Notes: generated from the letters alone by a model not told the origin. Shown: positions 14,760 through 29,223, counted from the first letter of the stretch. The stretch: 64,000 nt of DNA from Chrysomallon squamiferum (GCA_012295275.1 CM022678.1:5394001-5458000); one strand, 5' to 3'. Numbers and translations are program-made.

Positions 14760-17010
14760 ATGTAGTGTGTGGTGTTGTGTAGTATACTAGAGGGTACTGT
14801 AATGTAATTTAATTTAATTTAGTGTTGTGTAGTGTAATTTTATTTAGTGTAGTGTAGTGTAGTGTAGTATAGTTTAGTGTATTGTAATTTAGTGTAGTGT
14901 AGTGTAGTGTGGTGTAGAGTAGAATAATGTTATTTAGTGTAGTGCAGTGTACTGTAGTATAGTGTAGTGTGGTGTAGTGTAGTGTAGTGTAGTGTAGTGT
15001 AGTGTAGTGTAATGTTATTTAGTGTAGTGCAGTGTACTGTAGTATAGTGTAGTGTGGTGTAGGTGTAGTATAGTTTAGTGTATTGTAATTTAGTGTAGTG
15101 TAGTGTAGTGTAGTGTAATTTAGTGTAGTGCAGTATAGTGTAGTGTGGTGTAGGTGTAGTATAGTTTAGTGTAATGTAATTTAGTGTAGTGTAGTGTAAT
15201 GTTATTTAGTGTAGTGCAGTGTACTGTAGTATAGTGTGGTGTGGTGTAGGTATAGTATAGTTTAGTGTATTGTAATTTAGTGTAGTGTAGTGTAATTTTG
15301 TGTAGTGCAGTATAGTGTAGTGTGGTGTAGGTGTAGTATAGTTTAGTGTATTGTAATTTAGTGTAGTGTAGTGTAGTGTAGAGTAATGTAATTTAGTGTA
15401 GTGCAGTATAGTGTAGTGTAGCGTAGTATGGTGTAGGTGTAGTGTAATGTAATTTAGTGTAGTGTAGTGTAGTGTAGTGTAATGTAATTTAGTGTAGTGT
15501 AGTGTAATGTAATTTAGTGTAGTGTAGTGTAATTTAGTGTAGTGCAGTATAGTGTAGTGTGGTGTAGGTGTAGTATAGTTTAGTGTAATGTAATTTAATT
15601 TAGTGTAGTGTAGTGTAATGTTATTTAGTGTAGTGTAGTGTACTGTAGTATAGTGTAGTGTGGTGTAGGTGTAGTATAGTTTAGTGTAATGTAATTTAGT
15701 GTAGTGTAGTGTAGTGTAATTTTTTGTAGTGCAGTATAGTGTAGTGTGGTGTAGGTGTAGTATAGTTTAGTGTATTGTAATTTAGTGTAGTGTAGTGTAG
15801 TGTAGTGTAATGTAATGTAATTTAGTGTAGTGCAGTATAGTGTAGTGTAGTGTATGGTGTAGGTGTAGTGTAATGTAATTTAGTGTAGTGTAGTGTAGTG
15901 TAGTGTAATGTAATTTAGTGTAGTGTAGTGTAATGTAATTTAGTGTAGTGTAGTGTAATTTAGTGTAGTGCAGTATAGTGTAGTGTGGTGTAGGTGTAGT
16001 ATAGTTTAGTGTATTGTAATTTAGTGTAGTGTAGTGTAATTTTGTGTAGTGCAGTATAGTGTAGTGTGGTGTAGGTGTAGTATAGTTTAGTGTATTGTAA
16101 TTTAGTGTAGTGTAGTGTAGTGTAGTGTAATGTAATTTAGTGTAGTGCAGTATAGTGTAGTGTAGCGTAGTATGGTGTAGGTGTAGTGTAATGTAATTTA
16201 GTGTAGTGTAGTGTAGTGTAGTGTAATGTAATTTAGTGTAGTGTAGTGTAATTTAGTGTAGTGCAGTATAGTGTAGTGTGGTGTAGGTGTAGTATAGTTT
16301 AGTGTAATGTAATTTAGTGTAGTGTAGTGTAATGTTATTTAGTGTAGTGTAGTGTACTGTAGTATAGTGTAGTGTGGTGTAGGTGTAGTATAGTTTAGTG
16401 TAATGTAATTTAGTGTAGTGTAGTGTAGTGTAATTTTTTGTAGTGCAGTATAGTGTAGTGTGGTGTAGGTGTAGTATAGTTTAGTGTATTGTAATTTAGT
16501 GTAGTGTAGTGTAGTGTAGAGTAATGCAATTTAGTGTAGTGCAGTATAGTGTAGTGTAGCGTAGTATGGTGTAGGTGTAGTGTAATGTAATTTAGTGTAG
16601 TGTAGTGTAGTGTAGTGTAGTGTAGTGTAGTGTAATGTAATTTAGTGTAGTGTAGTGTAGTGTAGTGTAGTGTAATGTAATTTAGTGTAGTGTAGTGTAG
16701 TGTAGTGTAGTGTAGTGTAGTGTAGTGTAGTGTAGTGTAGTGTAGTGTAATGTAATTTAGTGTAGTGTAGTGTAGTGTAATGTAATTTAGTGTAGTGTAG
16801 TGTAATTTAGTGTAGTGTAGTATAGTGTAGTGTGGTGTAGGTGTAGTGTGGTGTAGGTGTAGTATAGTTTAATGTAATGTAATTTAGTGTAGTGTTGTGT
16901 AGTGTAGTGTAATGTAATTTAGTGTAGTGTGGTATAGTGTAGTGTAATGTAATTTAGAGTAGTGTAGTGTAGTGTAGTGTAGTGTAATTTAGCATAGTGT
17001 GTAGTGTAAT
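14760..17010. repeat. (TAGTG)n pentamer satellite, ~2.2 kb, with higher-order structure
   Basis: Directly visible. The variant block at 15531-15735 recurs at ~16251-16447. Confidence 0.95.
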
Positions 17011-17184
17011 GTGGTAGAATGATGTGGATATCGGTAGTTAATCGAAATCGAATATTTTCTTCAAGTCATTAATAACACAACAACATCGACAGTTTTGTTT
17101 GAACAAGAGCAAAACCCGTCAATCATAATAATAATAATAATAAAAATAATAATAATAATTAAAAAAATAATAATAAAAAAATAA

Positions 17185-17274
17185 TGACGTCACATTTAAA
17201 ATCGGTTATGACGTCAAGTATCGCCATTACATTAGTGCTCGAAGACGACTAAGTTATACTGCGTTTTACAGAAG
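17185..17274 (+). promoter_or_regulatory. Candidate promoter and non-coding first exon of GT17 copy 2
   Basis: Two perfect TGACGTCA sites (17185-17192, 17209-17216) followed by a strong donor aag|gtaaga at 17274/17275 that could join the 18176 acceptor. Confidence 0.4.
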
Positions 17275-17370
17275 GTAAGAAATTTTCAACCTCCCATCAT
17301 TATCCTCATCGCTGTCGTTTTCATTATATTTTGTTACTATTAGATTTTCTTCTTCTTCTTCTTCTTCTTC

Positions 17371-17402
<32 letters not shown>

Positions 17403-18125
17403 CTGATACTGACAGCACTTCATCTTTTGTAATTTCCCATTTGTAATTTCAAAATTTCCATCTGTATCCGTGATTTTATTTATTTATTTATTTATTTATT
17501 TATTCACATATCCTCTCTTTCAAAATATACGAAATTTTATTTCAGAACATACACAACACAAAACGCGTGTCACTTTTAAATTCCGTGCACGATCCCCTTC
17601 ATTATTATTCATAGATTTTTAATCTTGTTACAAAGATACGAAGAAAACAGATTTTCTCCAATTCGGTGTCAGCCTTATTAGTGAAAGCCTCCTAGCACAA
17701 ATTGCTCGAGGCTGTTACGATATCATCCAGCAGTTTCAGTATGTGTTTGCCCTAAAAATCATTTATCAGCACTTAAAAAAAAAAAAAATTAATATATATA
17801 AAAAAAAAAAAAAAAAAAAAAAGTGCTCAAGCACTCACATGGCGTTTGTCACCCGTAGTATCAGTACAGTACAGTTGCCTGCTTTATTTTTCATTGTTTA
17901 TTTACTAATTAACGTATGTTTAATTTTGATCCAGAGAACCACAGAATCTACCACTGATCCCCAACTTGCCGGATAAACTATAATAATAAACTAGAAGAAG
18001 AAATACAAATAATTAAATTAATAGAAAATACACATTTTTTTTTTTTTTTTTTTTTTTAATGACCTTATTTATCTACTATATATATGTAGATAGATAGATA
18101 GATGTGAATTTCTTCTTCTTCTTTT

Positions 18126-18171
<46 letters not shown>

Positions 18172-18251
18172 CTCAGGCATACACAAGAAATCAAACATTA
18201 AAATATTCATCCTGCAAAACAGTAAAAAAAACAACACAGCAACAACAAACG

Positions 18252-19769
18252 ATGATAACACTTAACATGAATCACAAAATTGTTCTCTTGTTTGTACCAT
18301 TCGTGTTGGCCGCATTAAATGTTTTGTATCTGATCGACAACCAGAAACCCACTGCACTCAAGCAGTCTGTAGCAAGAAACAGTTCGGGCAGTTTGTTAAC
18401 GTCTTCGTCAGACTATCCACATAGAGAACTCGATATCACGTGCCGAGAGAACGATACCAAACGCCGGAATGTTCCGTTCACACCCAGAGAGGCTGCGATG
18501 ATCTTACACTGGTACAAAAGCGTGGATGATTACTTCAGCCCAAACAGGACAGATCCAATTAACCTGCCGGAAGACGAAGGCGATAATTTGTTTCAGAACT
18601 ACGATGTTTCCCACAACTCGTCGGTTCATCGCTTAGAAGACGCGAAGTCCGATTACTTTTATTTTTCTGGTAAAAATATCGCGTGTTACAAACGAGGCAC
18701 AGAGAAAATGAAAAACGAGACAGACGGAAACAGGACGTGCGTATGTTTCCCGAGTTTCACTGGAAAATATTGTTCTGTGCCTCAAACCGTAGACGTGGCT
18801 CTCAAGAAACTGAAAAAAAAATACGTGTTCACGCCTCGAATGGTTCCGCGCAGAATTATCTTCGCCTTGACGTTCAACATGGAACACGTTGTGCTTTTTC
18901 TGAAGATGTTACAGACCGCGCCCGCCGTCGATTTATTTCTCATCCTGGAAGGAAACGTCACCAACTACGGTGATCCGAAACCGCTTTACTTACTTCCGGC
19001 TTTGAAGAGGGGATTCCTGCGCCGCTGGCACGGTAAAATAATGCACATGTTTAACGGTGAATTTGTTCCGACCGCTCGAAAACATGGAGAGGGTTTTGAT
19101 CAAGAACGTCACATCAGATCGTTGTTTGGACCTGCAATAAAAGAACGTGTTAAAAACGTGCGCGATGATGATTTGTTTATGTATTTCGACGCAGACGAGA
19201 CTCCAGGGCTGGACGAGCTACTTTTTCTCAAACTGCACGACGGATTTCCGGTTCCCGTTGGATTTTTCTTGCAGCTGTTTCGCTACGGATTGTACTGGTT
19301 CGACCAGAAAGTGAAGTGGCCAGCTATGGGTGTGTCTACTGTTAAAATGTTTTACGATGTTTATTCGGGAAATTCAAATATTCTCCGAGGTCACATTTAT
19401 AACGATCGATATAATATGGGAATAAAAAACTTCGGAGGAGACCGTTTGCACGACGTGTGGTTCATGGGCTCCGCAGAACTGCACGCTGGCTGGCATCTGT
19501 CGTATTTCGGGACACCGGGTCAAGTCTACGTGAAAATCATGTCCACTATAAACGCAGACTGGCCAAGATGGGCAGATAACCCAAAGAACAGAAATATTAC
19601 TTACATTTTATCCCTTTTCAGACGGGGTGGGTTCTTCCATCTCAAACACGATTTCGTACCCGTCTGTCCTAACACAAACCCGACATTTAAAGACTTAAGC
19701 TACATTTTTAAACACCCGAAATATTTTAACTATTTACTGGTAAACCCTGGCAGGATTGTTACGTCGTGA
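18252..19769 (+). CDS. MGAT3: GT17/MGAT3-like glycosyltransferase, copy 2, ~500-505 aa, distinct N-terminal TM/stem
   Basis: Same catalytic motifs as copy 1 and near-identical DNA over most of the domain. Own TM segment MNHKIVLLFVPFVLAALNVLYL (start ATG 18252 or 18267). Poly-T acceptor ending ctcag| at 18176. Confidence 0.93.
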   Translation: MITLNMNHKIVLLFVPFVLAALNVLYLIDNQKPTALKQSVARNSSGSLLTSSSDYPHRELDITCRENDTKRRNVPFTPREAAMILHWYKSVDDYFSPNRTDPINLPEDEGDNLFQNYDVSHNSSVHRLEDAKSDYFYFSGKNIACYKRGTEKMKNETDGNRTCVCFPSFTGKYCSVPQTVDVALKKLKKKYVFTPRMVPRRIIFALTFNMEHVVLFLKMLQTAPAVDLFLILEGNVTNYGDPKPLYLLPALKRGFLRRWHGKIMHMFNGEFVPTARKHGEGFDQERHIRSLFGPAIKERVKNVRDDDLFMYFDADETPGLDELLFLKLHDGFPVPVGFFLQLFRYGLYWFDQKVKWPAMGVSTVKMFYDVYSGNSNILRGHIYNDRYNMGIKNFGGDRLHDVWFMGSAELHAGWHLSYFGTPGQVYVKIMSTINADWPRWADNPKNRNITYILSLFRRGGFFHLKHDFVPVCPNTNPTFKDLSYIFKHPKYFNYLLVNPGRIVTS

Positions 19770-20403
19770 GTCTAAGTTATTTATTTAAAATTTTAGTCCT
19801 GTAAAAAATTGGTGGTGCATTTTTTTTTTTTTTACTTTTCTTTGTTTGTTTGTTTCTCGGATTGTTCTTTCTTCTATACAATCCCCATTTGTCACGTAAA
19901 AATAATTTTACAAAAAATAAAATAAAAGTAACATAAATTAACTTGTTTTTTTTTTTTTTTTACTTTTCTTTGTTTGTTTGTTTCTTTCTTTCTTTCTTTC
20001 TGTATTTATTGATTTATTTAATTATTTATTTATTTATATATGTTTATTTATACCACAAATAAATGACAAGTAGTGTACTTTTGTTTTGTGGATATTATTG
20101 TTGTTGTTGTTGTTGTTATTATTATCATCATCATCATCATCTTCATCATCATTTGTTTCTTTTTATTATCTGTCGTGGGTTCTTTTATGTTTTTTGGGGG
20201 GTGCGTGTCTGGGGGGAGTTGTTTTTTTCGTTATTTTTTCTTCGTGTTTTATTTATTTATTTATTTACTTATTGCTTATATTTTTCAAATCACAAGTCAT
20301 GAGAAAGTACCTGTGTCCTTTCCGAAATCTCGAAAACGATTGGTAACACATTATACTATACGTGAACTGTTCTGCCATTTCTGTAAGATAAGAAAACAAG
20401 ATT

Positions 20404-20506
<103 letters not shown>

Positions 20507-20957
20507 GTTTATATATAAAATTTCCACTACCTCTCTGCCAATAAAAACAACTAGACATTACTACCCACGTTTTTTAAGTGCCGAACAAAACATAAATAAC
20601 TGTCAACATTGTAATCCAGTCCTCTGGTTTCGTTTACCCTTTGAAGCAATGGACTTTTTTTTTTTTAAGCCGAGTATTTCTTCAGACCGTGTCAGTTTAA
20701 AATATATTCTGATACCTGAAAATTGTATCATATCACAGATACTATTTTGTCAGTATAATTCGAAATTAATATTTTATAAATCATGAAATATATTAAAAAA
20801 AAAAAAAAAATTAAATATTGACATCTGACACTGATACGTTGTTGATGTCAGCTGTGGAAGTTACGTAAGTATTAATAGAGTTTATGTTTACTAATATTTT
20901 AATACGGAATATTGACTTTTTTTTCTTTTCTCTTTTCTCTGTTATTATTATTATTAT

Positions 20958-21007
<50 letters not shown>

Positions 21008-22165
21008 ATAGTAGTAGTAGTAGTATCCTCTTTTATTGTTAGTTATTTTGGAGGTTCTTTATTTTTTTTGGGGGGGGTGTTTTTGTTGGGGATTATGTAA
21101 TAATAAATATTTTATTTGCTGTTGTTCTTTTTCTGCTATGTCTCGTGTATTTTGTAGTATTATGATTTTAATTTAAACTTTTATAAATGCAAATAAAATT
21201 CATGTATAGTCACGAACACAAATTGCAGACTGGCAATATTAGTTTATTATCATCGTCATCATCATCATCATCATCATCATCATTACCAGTATATTATCAT
21301 TATTATTATTAATAGTAGTACTTTGGTGTGTTTTTTTCTCTCTTTTTTTTTTTAATTTTTAATTTTTAATTTTTTGTGTGTGGCCTTGTTCTTGTTGTTT
21401 TGTTGTTTTCGTATCTGTGTCTGCTTGGCTAACCTGTCATTAGTGCAGTTACTGAAAACGTCTAACTAACAAGCAACATCCCAGATGCCCACCTTATCCT
21501 CCTTCGCACCTACTTCGTTACCCTGGTCCACCTGTTTGGTACTAATCCCCTCTCATACGTCCGCTTAATTTATGTCATTAGATTGTTACTGCAACGCATA
21601 TTAAAATATGTTTGAAGTATTGTTGTATTTAAATATTTTCCGTTTGCTTCGATCAAATATGTCTTTGAAAACACATTTAAATATATACGTTTGCTTCGAT
21701 CAGTATGTCTAGAAAACACATCAGTATATACGTAATCACACGACACACACACACACACACACACACACGCACGCACGTATGATACTAATAATACAAATGC
21801 GTATGCATACGTCTATTAAGTCAGTTTTATCATATGCTTGCACTTATTCGATTTTATCATCATCATCATCATTTATTTATTTATTTATTTATTTACATGT
21901 GTTCAGGTATATGTGTTTACTTCATTTAAAATTTTGAAGAGGAGCTCTATACTCTCTATTTCATCTTTCGATAAACAAGAAATATTTTATTTGAAAATGA
22001 TAATGGACCGTACGTACAATGAAAGAGTAAAGTCGTAGAGCCCCTCGTGACTTTTACGATAAAAAAAAATAAATAAAAAAAAAGGTTTACCTTGTTCTAC
22101 CACTGTAACAAAAGCTTGCGATGACACTCTATACAAACACCCGCACACCCAAACACACACACACA

Positions 22166-22216
<51 letters not shown>

Positions 22217-22897
22217 GTATATAATTATATGTGTTCCAGAATAAGCAAAGAAAGCTATAACAACTATTCAGGGGAAAACGGGTCAGACTGAAGGAATGTT
22301 GCTCATACAAAAACTTAACCCTAATTTTTTTTTTCTTTTTTCAGTGCTTTAAGGCTGTTAACACAAGCTTTTGTTAAAATGGTACAGCGAAAAAAAAAAT
22401 CCATTATCAAAAAGTCATCGGACCATAACAACAGTATTCCTCTTTGTCTGTCTGTAACCAGTTTTCATAAATAAAGCTTGTCTGTCTTTCTTTTTCGAAC
22501 AAAAAATGAGATGACATTAGATTAAAAAAAAATAAAAAAATAAAAAACAGTATTTCTTATTTGATGTTGACAACTTTTTAAGTAAAATGAAATCAAATGT
22601 ATTTACTGGAATATAGATTTCACATCTAGCTCTGTATCGTTAGAACAATAAAAACACAAAAACAATAGAGAAGAAAAAGAGACGCGATATTCAGTTACAG
22701 AAAGAGATTCAGTGGCTCTGCTGACCGAGGCCTCGCCCTTGTCTTATTGTCCATTTTTCTTTTCTTTTGTTCATTCTAGAAGCCTTTTCATCCGTTTGTG
22801 TGCGTGCAGAGTGTAATGTGTAAGGGAAAGGTCGCAGGATTCATCAATCTATACCACTTCTCTCTTTCAGCCAGAATAACTGAAACTACGCGGGGAA

Positions 22898-22938
<41 letters not shown>

Positions 22939-24329
22939 CTCTGTGTTTGCGTGTGTCTGTGTGTGCGCGTGTATGTGTGTCTGTGTGTGCGTGCGTGCGT
23001 GTGCTACTCATGTAAGAGAAAGGCCCGCTGGATTCAGGAATCAATATCACTTCTCTCGTTCAGCTAGAATGACTGAAGCTATGCGGGTATGTTTATTTAC
23101 ATACCAGATAAGAAGAAAAAAATAATCTATCTTTTCTCATTATATTAAATATACAAATACCATGCAGCCTTAACAATATCATCGTTTAGCACGAACCTGA
23201 CAAGTTACGTATACAATTGTTCGCGTTATTTATTACGCATTAATGTTTCTGTCGAAATGTAAGGCTGTTTAACCTTCTCGTGTGTAAAAGATGAATATAT
23301 ATATTTTTTTTTTATCTAGCCTCTTGAAGCAGACAAATACTATGATGTACATGTTCATCAAACTGATTTTTTTAAAAATAAATAAATAAATAAATAAAAA
23401 TTATAATAATATTGTTAAATATAAAACAATAAATATATAAAAATATAGAATAATAGTACTAAGAAGAAGAAGAAGAAATATTATATTAATACGAAATATA
23501 TGAAAGTATAGAGTAATAACAATCATAAAAATCGTTATGTGTGTCTGTTTATATATATATATATATATAATGCATATATATAGAATAATAATAATAAAAC
23601 GTTACACCTCAGCTGTAAATTTAAAACGAGCAAGTTAACAATCTAGAATAAACAACATTACGACTAGATATGTCAGTAATTATTCAAACGGAACAAATCT
23701 TGCTGTGTGTCCTTTAAAATACGAGTTCATTTCTTTGCGACAAAAAATATTAATCATAGACCTACACATTAAAATTCAATGGTCTTTTATGTTTATATTT
23801 CCAAGTGCACCCAGCTGTGCATGAAAGCGTCAAATGGAAAATTACATTTGTAAGTTGAAGACGTTTCTTTGACTGCAAGAAAAAGAAAAATAACGAAATG
23901 ATTATAACCCTGTCTCTATCTCTGTTCCCTTTATATAAATAAACATTTTGATTTCTTCGTGGGGTTTTAAAGACTGCTTAAAACTCGTTTCGTAATATTG
24001 TGTAACGCCGCCAAAAGCTTTTATTACCCAAATTTGTAATTCTATTGAAGAAAAAACTGTCACTGAAAGCTTTTCAATCTGTGTAAAAAGAACTGAATAT
24101 AACTACGTTGTTCTGAATGTAGAAATGAATTGAACTGAACTTCATTACACTTACGACCGTAGACTGCGGCACTTGAGGACATTTACATTAAAAATTATGT
24201 ATGTATGTATGTATGTATGTATGTGTGTGTGTATATATATATATATACATATCCCACTCCCTCTCTGTATGCTTAGTATGTATGTATAGATACATATATA
24301 ATATAGCATGATGGTGCATTTACAATAAT

Positions 24330-24442
24330 GTACATAGGTATAATAATATATACAATATCGGCCATACGATTTCATAATTGAACTACAAAGTTTCCCAAGG
24401 TTTTTTTAATTATATAATTCATGTTGATACCTCGTTTATATT

Positions 24443-24476
<34 letters not shown>

Positions 24477-24620
24477 ATGAAACTGGTCGTCTATATTACA
24501 ATAATCACAGAATTGACGTATTCTATTTTTTTGTAATATATATTTTTCATCATCTGCACATTTCAATAGGATGCTTATGATTTAATAATCTAAAACGTAA
24601 TAATGAGAACCACAGCTTTT
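24330..24620 (-). mobile_element. Degenerate non-LTR retrotransposon ORF2 C-terminal fragment
   Basis: The minus strand reads RFRLLNHKHPIEMCR**… and R.FCDYCNIDDQFHY…C, like the FRxSxHxLxIExGR…RxCxxC…EDEFHF…C zinc-finger tail of LINEs. It has stops, a frameshift and an internal (TG)n expansion. Confidence 0.65.
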
Positions 24621-24812
24621 TATCTATATACGTATTAATATGACTGGAATGCAACAGTACTCTTGAAACAGTTTATAATTTGAAGCTTTAGTGTATGAGT
24701 AACGGTATTGTAGGTTCTGTTTTACAAGCCTTGCGTTAATACATGATTGTAACACTGAACCACTAGTGCTACCATTACAAAGCACAGCCAACACCATTGA
24801 GAATAGATTTAA

Positions 24813-24926
24813 CATGTAATACCCATTAGCGATTACAACTGCAGTTGTATCAGTCTCTACACCAGTATTAACACCAGTAATAACATTCTACCCTAATGAA
24901 TCGATATCAGGAAATGATCATACTTA
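24813..24926 (-). repeat. Dispersed ~120-bp repeat, inverted copy of 38951-39088
   Basis: The reverse complement of taagtatgatcatttcctgatatcgattcatt…caactgcagttgtaatcgctaatgggtattaca matches. Both copies abut (TTA)n or T-rich tracts. Confidence 0.8.
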
Positions 24927-24929
24927 TTT

Positions 24930-24991
<62 letters not shown>

Positions 24992-25100
24992 CAGATGAAA
25001 ATGTCAGTACTATCGTATGACAAGTAAATACAAGGACAAGCAGCACACACTTGTCAGTGAATGCTAGTATTAAAGTGTGACAAGCAGACAAAAGGACCAA

Positions 25101-25365
25101 CGTAATTAACATGTCAGTGAATGTCCTTACAAAAATAACCAAAGCTGTTAAATGTCTTATAACGATGTGAAATTTACAAATGGTTTATAACGCAACATGA
25201 TACGTAATTAATATGTCAATGAATGTCCTTACAAAAATAACCAAAGCTGTTAAATGTCTTATCACGATGTGAAATTTAGAAATGGTTTATAACGTAACAT
25301 GATACGTAATTAATATGTAAATGAATGTCCTTATAAAAAATAACCAAATTTAAATGTCTTATCTA
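25101..25365. repeat. 102-bp tandem repeat, ~2.6 copies
   Basis: cgtaattaa.atgt.a.tgaatgtcctta starts at 25101, 25203 and 25305. Confidence 0.85.
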
Positions 25366-25494
25366 TAAAGAAATTTAAAAAAAAAATAACATGATACACA
25401 TTAATAACAAAATAAAAATTTGCCTATAAAAATAAAAAAAAAAATAATATTAATAACAAAATAAAAAATTAAAACTACAAATGCTTAGGTGTCT

Positions 25495-25551
<57 letters not shown>

Positions 25552-25617
25552 TACATAGACAAATTTATATATACATACATATAAACTTACACAGAGTATG
25601 TATGGATGCATGTGTTT

Positions 25618-25653
<36 letters not shown>

Positions 25654-26072
25654 CGTTTAATATCCATATATTTATTTTATTTTAATTTTTTTTAATTTTT
25701 TTTTTATTATGTTGATAATGTAATTTGTTTGTCATTGTCTGACATACAACAGACTATAAACATTTTTATACTGGAGTGTCGCTGAATATTCATTCATCTG
25801 TTTTTAAGCATCGATGTCTCCAGTGAGGTAAGTAGTGTAATACAGCAAATCCACATTTGTATTACATCTAAACAAACAGCAACTACAACAACAACAAGAT
25901 AATAATACTAGTAATGTTGCTAATAGTAGTAGTAGTAGTTGTTGTTGTTGTAGTAGTAGTTGTTGTTGTGGTGGTGGTTGTGGTTGTAATAAACAACTAC
26001 AGTAAGAACAAGAACAGCAAAATTATAATAATAAATAATAACAAATAACAATAACAACAGCAACAACAACAC

Positions 26073-26109
<37 letters not shown>

Positions 26110-26304
26110 CAATAACTCAAACAATCATGATCAATCCTATAAAAATAATTATGATAGCGAAGAGGATGATGATGATGATCATCATCATCATCATCATCCC
26201 CCCGAAAATAAGTAAAAGAAGAGTAACAACAATTAGAGTTACTGATTTAAAACTCCAAGAACGAAAACAAAGAACGAAAAAAATTTAATAAAAATTAAAA
26301 ATTA

Positions 26305-26346
<42 letters not shown>

Positions 26347-27155
26347 AAAATAAATAAACAGAAGAAGAATATAAAAAAAGGTTAATAATAATATATACTT
26401 AACCAAAACAGCTGAGCAAGTTTTTTTTTTTTTGTAAATGACTGCAGCTTCCAAATAAATTAAAATAAAACGCCAGAACTTGGTAACATGATAGTTGCAT
26501 CTCCCCTGTCGCTTTGGGAAAATGAAAAGAACATCATTTGTCATATCGCACGCAGATATGTGTACGGCACGTGCATTTGGTTCGCTCGTGCTGTCACAGA
26601 AGCGCGTGCAATACCGACGTATTGAAATCATATTTTGAGGCTCTGAACCATAGTTACCCAGAAACAAAAAGAAGAATTTAACTTGTTATAATGGGTCGAC
26701 GGAAAAAATGTCCTACCTTCAGTAAAAGCCCAAAATAACCAGTGTCAAACGTCTTTTGGTCCTAATGACGTTGAATGATATCATATGACGTCATAGGTGT
26801 TTCCCATTCAATTTCTTTCGGTGTTAGCAAATTTGCTGACTTTGTTGCATTATTAGTATTACTGCAATGATTTAGAGGCAGAAATAAAAGAAAATTAAAT
26901 TAAATTAAATTAAATTAAATTAAATTAAATTAAATAAATAATAATAACAAAAAAGAATGATTCTTATTACCGAACCAGTCAGTTTAAAGGAACTACATGT
27001 GCAATAAATCACCACAGATTTAGTTGATTTTCACTGGGACAGGATTCGTGGTTTGTAGAATAATAAAAACGGCAGCAGACGTCCATCTGAATATATCGGG
27101 TTGAAGAAAGATGGCTGCTAAAATCCTTTGATTTTCATGAAACCAGAAAGAATAA

Positions 27156-27202
<47 letters not shown>

Positions 27203-27519
27203 CAATTAAAAATATTTAAAAATAAAAAAATAAAAAAATAAAATAAAAAATCAATGAATAAAATTGTAACAACCTGCCCTGTAATATCTGAAGTATTCCT
27301 CAACAGTTTGCTACGTTATCTTGTTTCACTGGGTTCTTTTTATGTCCGATACAAAAAACGTGATACAAAAACGTTTTACAAAACTGTATAAACCACGTTC
27401 ATCTGTCACACGAGTCGACAGCTTTGACAATAGCAGTCGTGGCCACACACGTATGCCGGTGTTACTGATAAAAGTTCCCTGTAACAGAAAACAGTGAAGA
27501 TCGTGACACCGGTCTATTT

Positions 27520-27579
<60 letters not shown>

Positions 27580-27685
27580 GTGTTCTGCTTCCACGTTAGG
27601 ATTTTCTTTTCTTTCTCTCTATTTTTTTTTTCTTTTTTTTTTTTTTTTTTCATTTCTGCATTTATTTTCTTTTATTATTATTATT

Positions 27686-27717
<32 letters not shown>

Positions 27718-27914
27718 TATTATTATTATTAAAATAAAATAGCAACCAAAGTATAATATGATATACTAAAAAGTCATGCATTTTTCTAAAAAAAAAAAAA
27801 AAAAAAAGAATATAGATCTTCGGTTACAAGGAATTTGTTTATTTATACACCGGTAATGACGATTGTATGGTGGCTGTACAAAGGTTGGAAAACAGCAGTT
27901 TTATATAACTTTAT

Positions 27915-28290
27915 CATGTAGTGTACTGTACTTTAGTATTGTGTTGTATAGTGTAGTAAAGTGTTGTGTACTGTAGTGTAATGTAGAGTAGCATAGTGTA
28001 ATGTTGTGTACTATAATATAGTATAGTGTAGTGTAGTGTTCTGTAGTATGTAGTTTATTATAGTATAATGTGGTATAGTACAGTTTAGTGTAGTGTAGCA
28101 TAGTGTAGTGTAGTATAGTGTAGTGTGTAATATGATACAGTATAGTATAGTATTGCGTAGTCTAGTATTGTGTACTGTTGAGTAGTATAGTATAGTAACA
28201 GTACCGTGTTGTCTAGTTAAGTATAGTAGAATCTAGTGTAGTGTTGTGTAATGAACAGTAGTATTGTGTAGAGAAGTGTTGTGTAAGATG
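27915..28290. repeat. Degenerate (TAGTG/TAGTA)n satellite
   Basis: Same pentamer family as 14760-17010, more decayed. Confidence 0.8.
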
Positions 28291-28510
28291 GTATGATTTT
28301 AGCTATGGTTTAGTTTCATTTTGTTTAAATTGAGATAATTTTAAGATAGCATAGTGTGGATAATAAATGTTAACAACAATTATTGGATACAAACCCAAGA
28401 TCAAAAAAAAAAATACAACAAAAATGAAAACAAAATATGTAAATAAGTATATAAATAAAATTAAAAAATAATAATAAAATAAACTGTGTGTGTGCGTGAG
28501 AGAGAGCGAG

Positions 28511-28602
<92 letters not shown>

Positions 28603-28744
28603 ATAAAATATCTGTATAACAGCTGTATTTATAATTGTGTGATGAAAAGTAATTAAAATATCTAGGTTATATGAATCTGAATATTTATTTTATTAAAAAA
28701 ACAAAACAGTATATATTTAAAGCGTATACATAGATATGTTACGA

Positions 28745-28892
<148 letters not shown>

Positions 28893-29148
28893 AAGAGAGA
28901 GAGCAATCGCAACATATATCTGTGCACGGGTTTGTATTTCTCGTATATGAACGTACATGTGCTAATGATACAGTGTTAAAGCAAAAAGAAAAAAAGAAAG
29001 AAATCAAAAGCGAAACGTATTTCTAGTGAATTTGTTTTACTATGGCTGAATAATGTTTGAGCCATGTTGGAGAAAATAGCAACAACAACAACAACAATAT
29101 TTATTTATTAATATATTCATTCTCTTAGTGATTATATTTTGTTATTAT

Positions 29149-29191
<43 letters not shown>

Positions 29192-29223
29192 CAGATCTGG
29201 TAAAAGGATGAGACAATGATAAA

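Noticed and set aside
14760-17010. Telomeric or interstitial telomere repeat
   Set aside because: The unit is TAGTG, not TTAGGG or TTAGG.
26430-27310. Possible Kolobok/hAT-type MITE remnants; also a possible LINE tail at 23700-24120
   Set aside because: No convincing TIR pair, TSD or clean protein motif could be established by eye.
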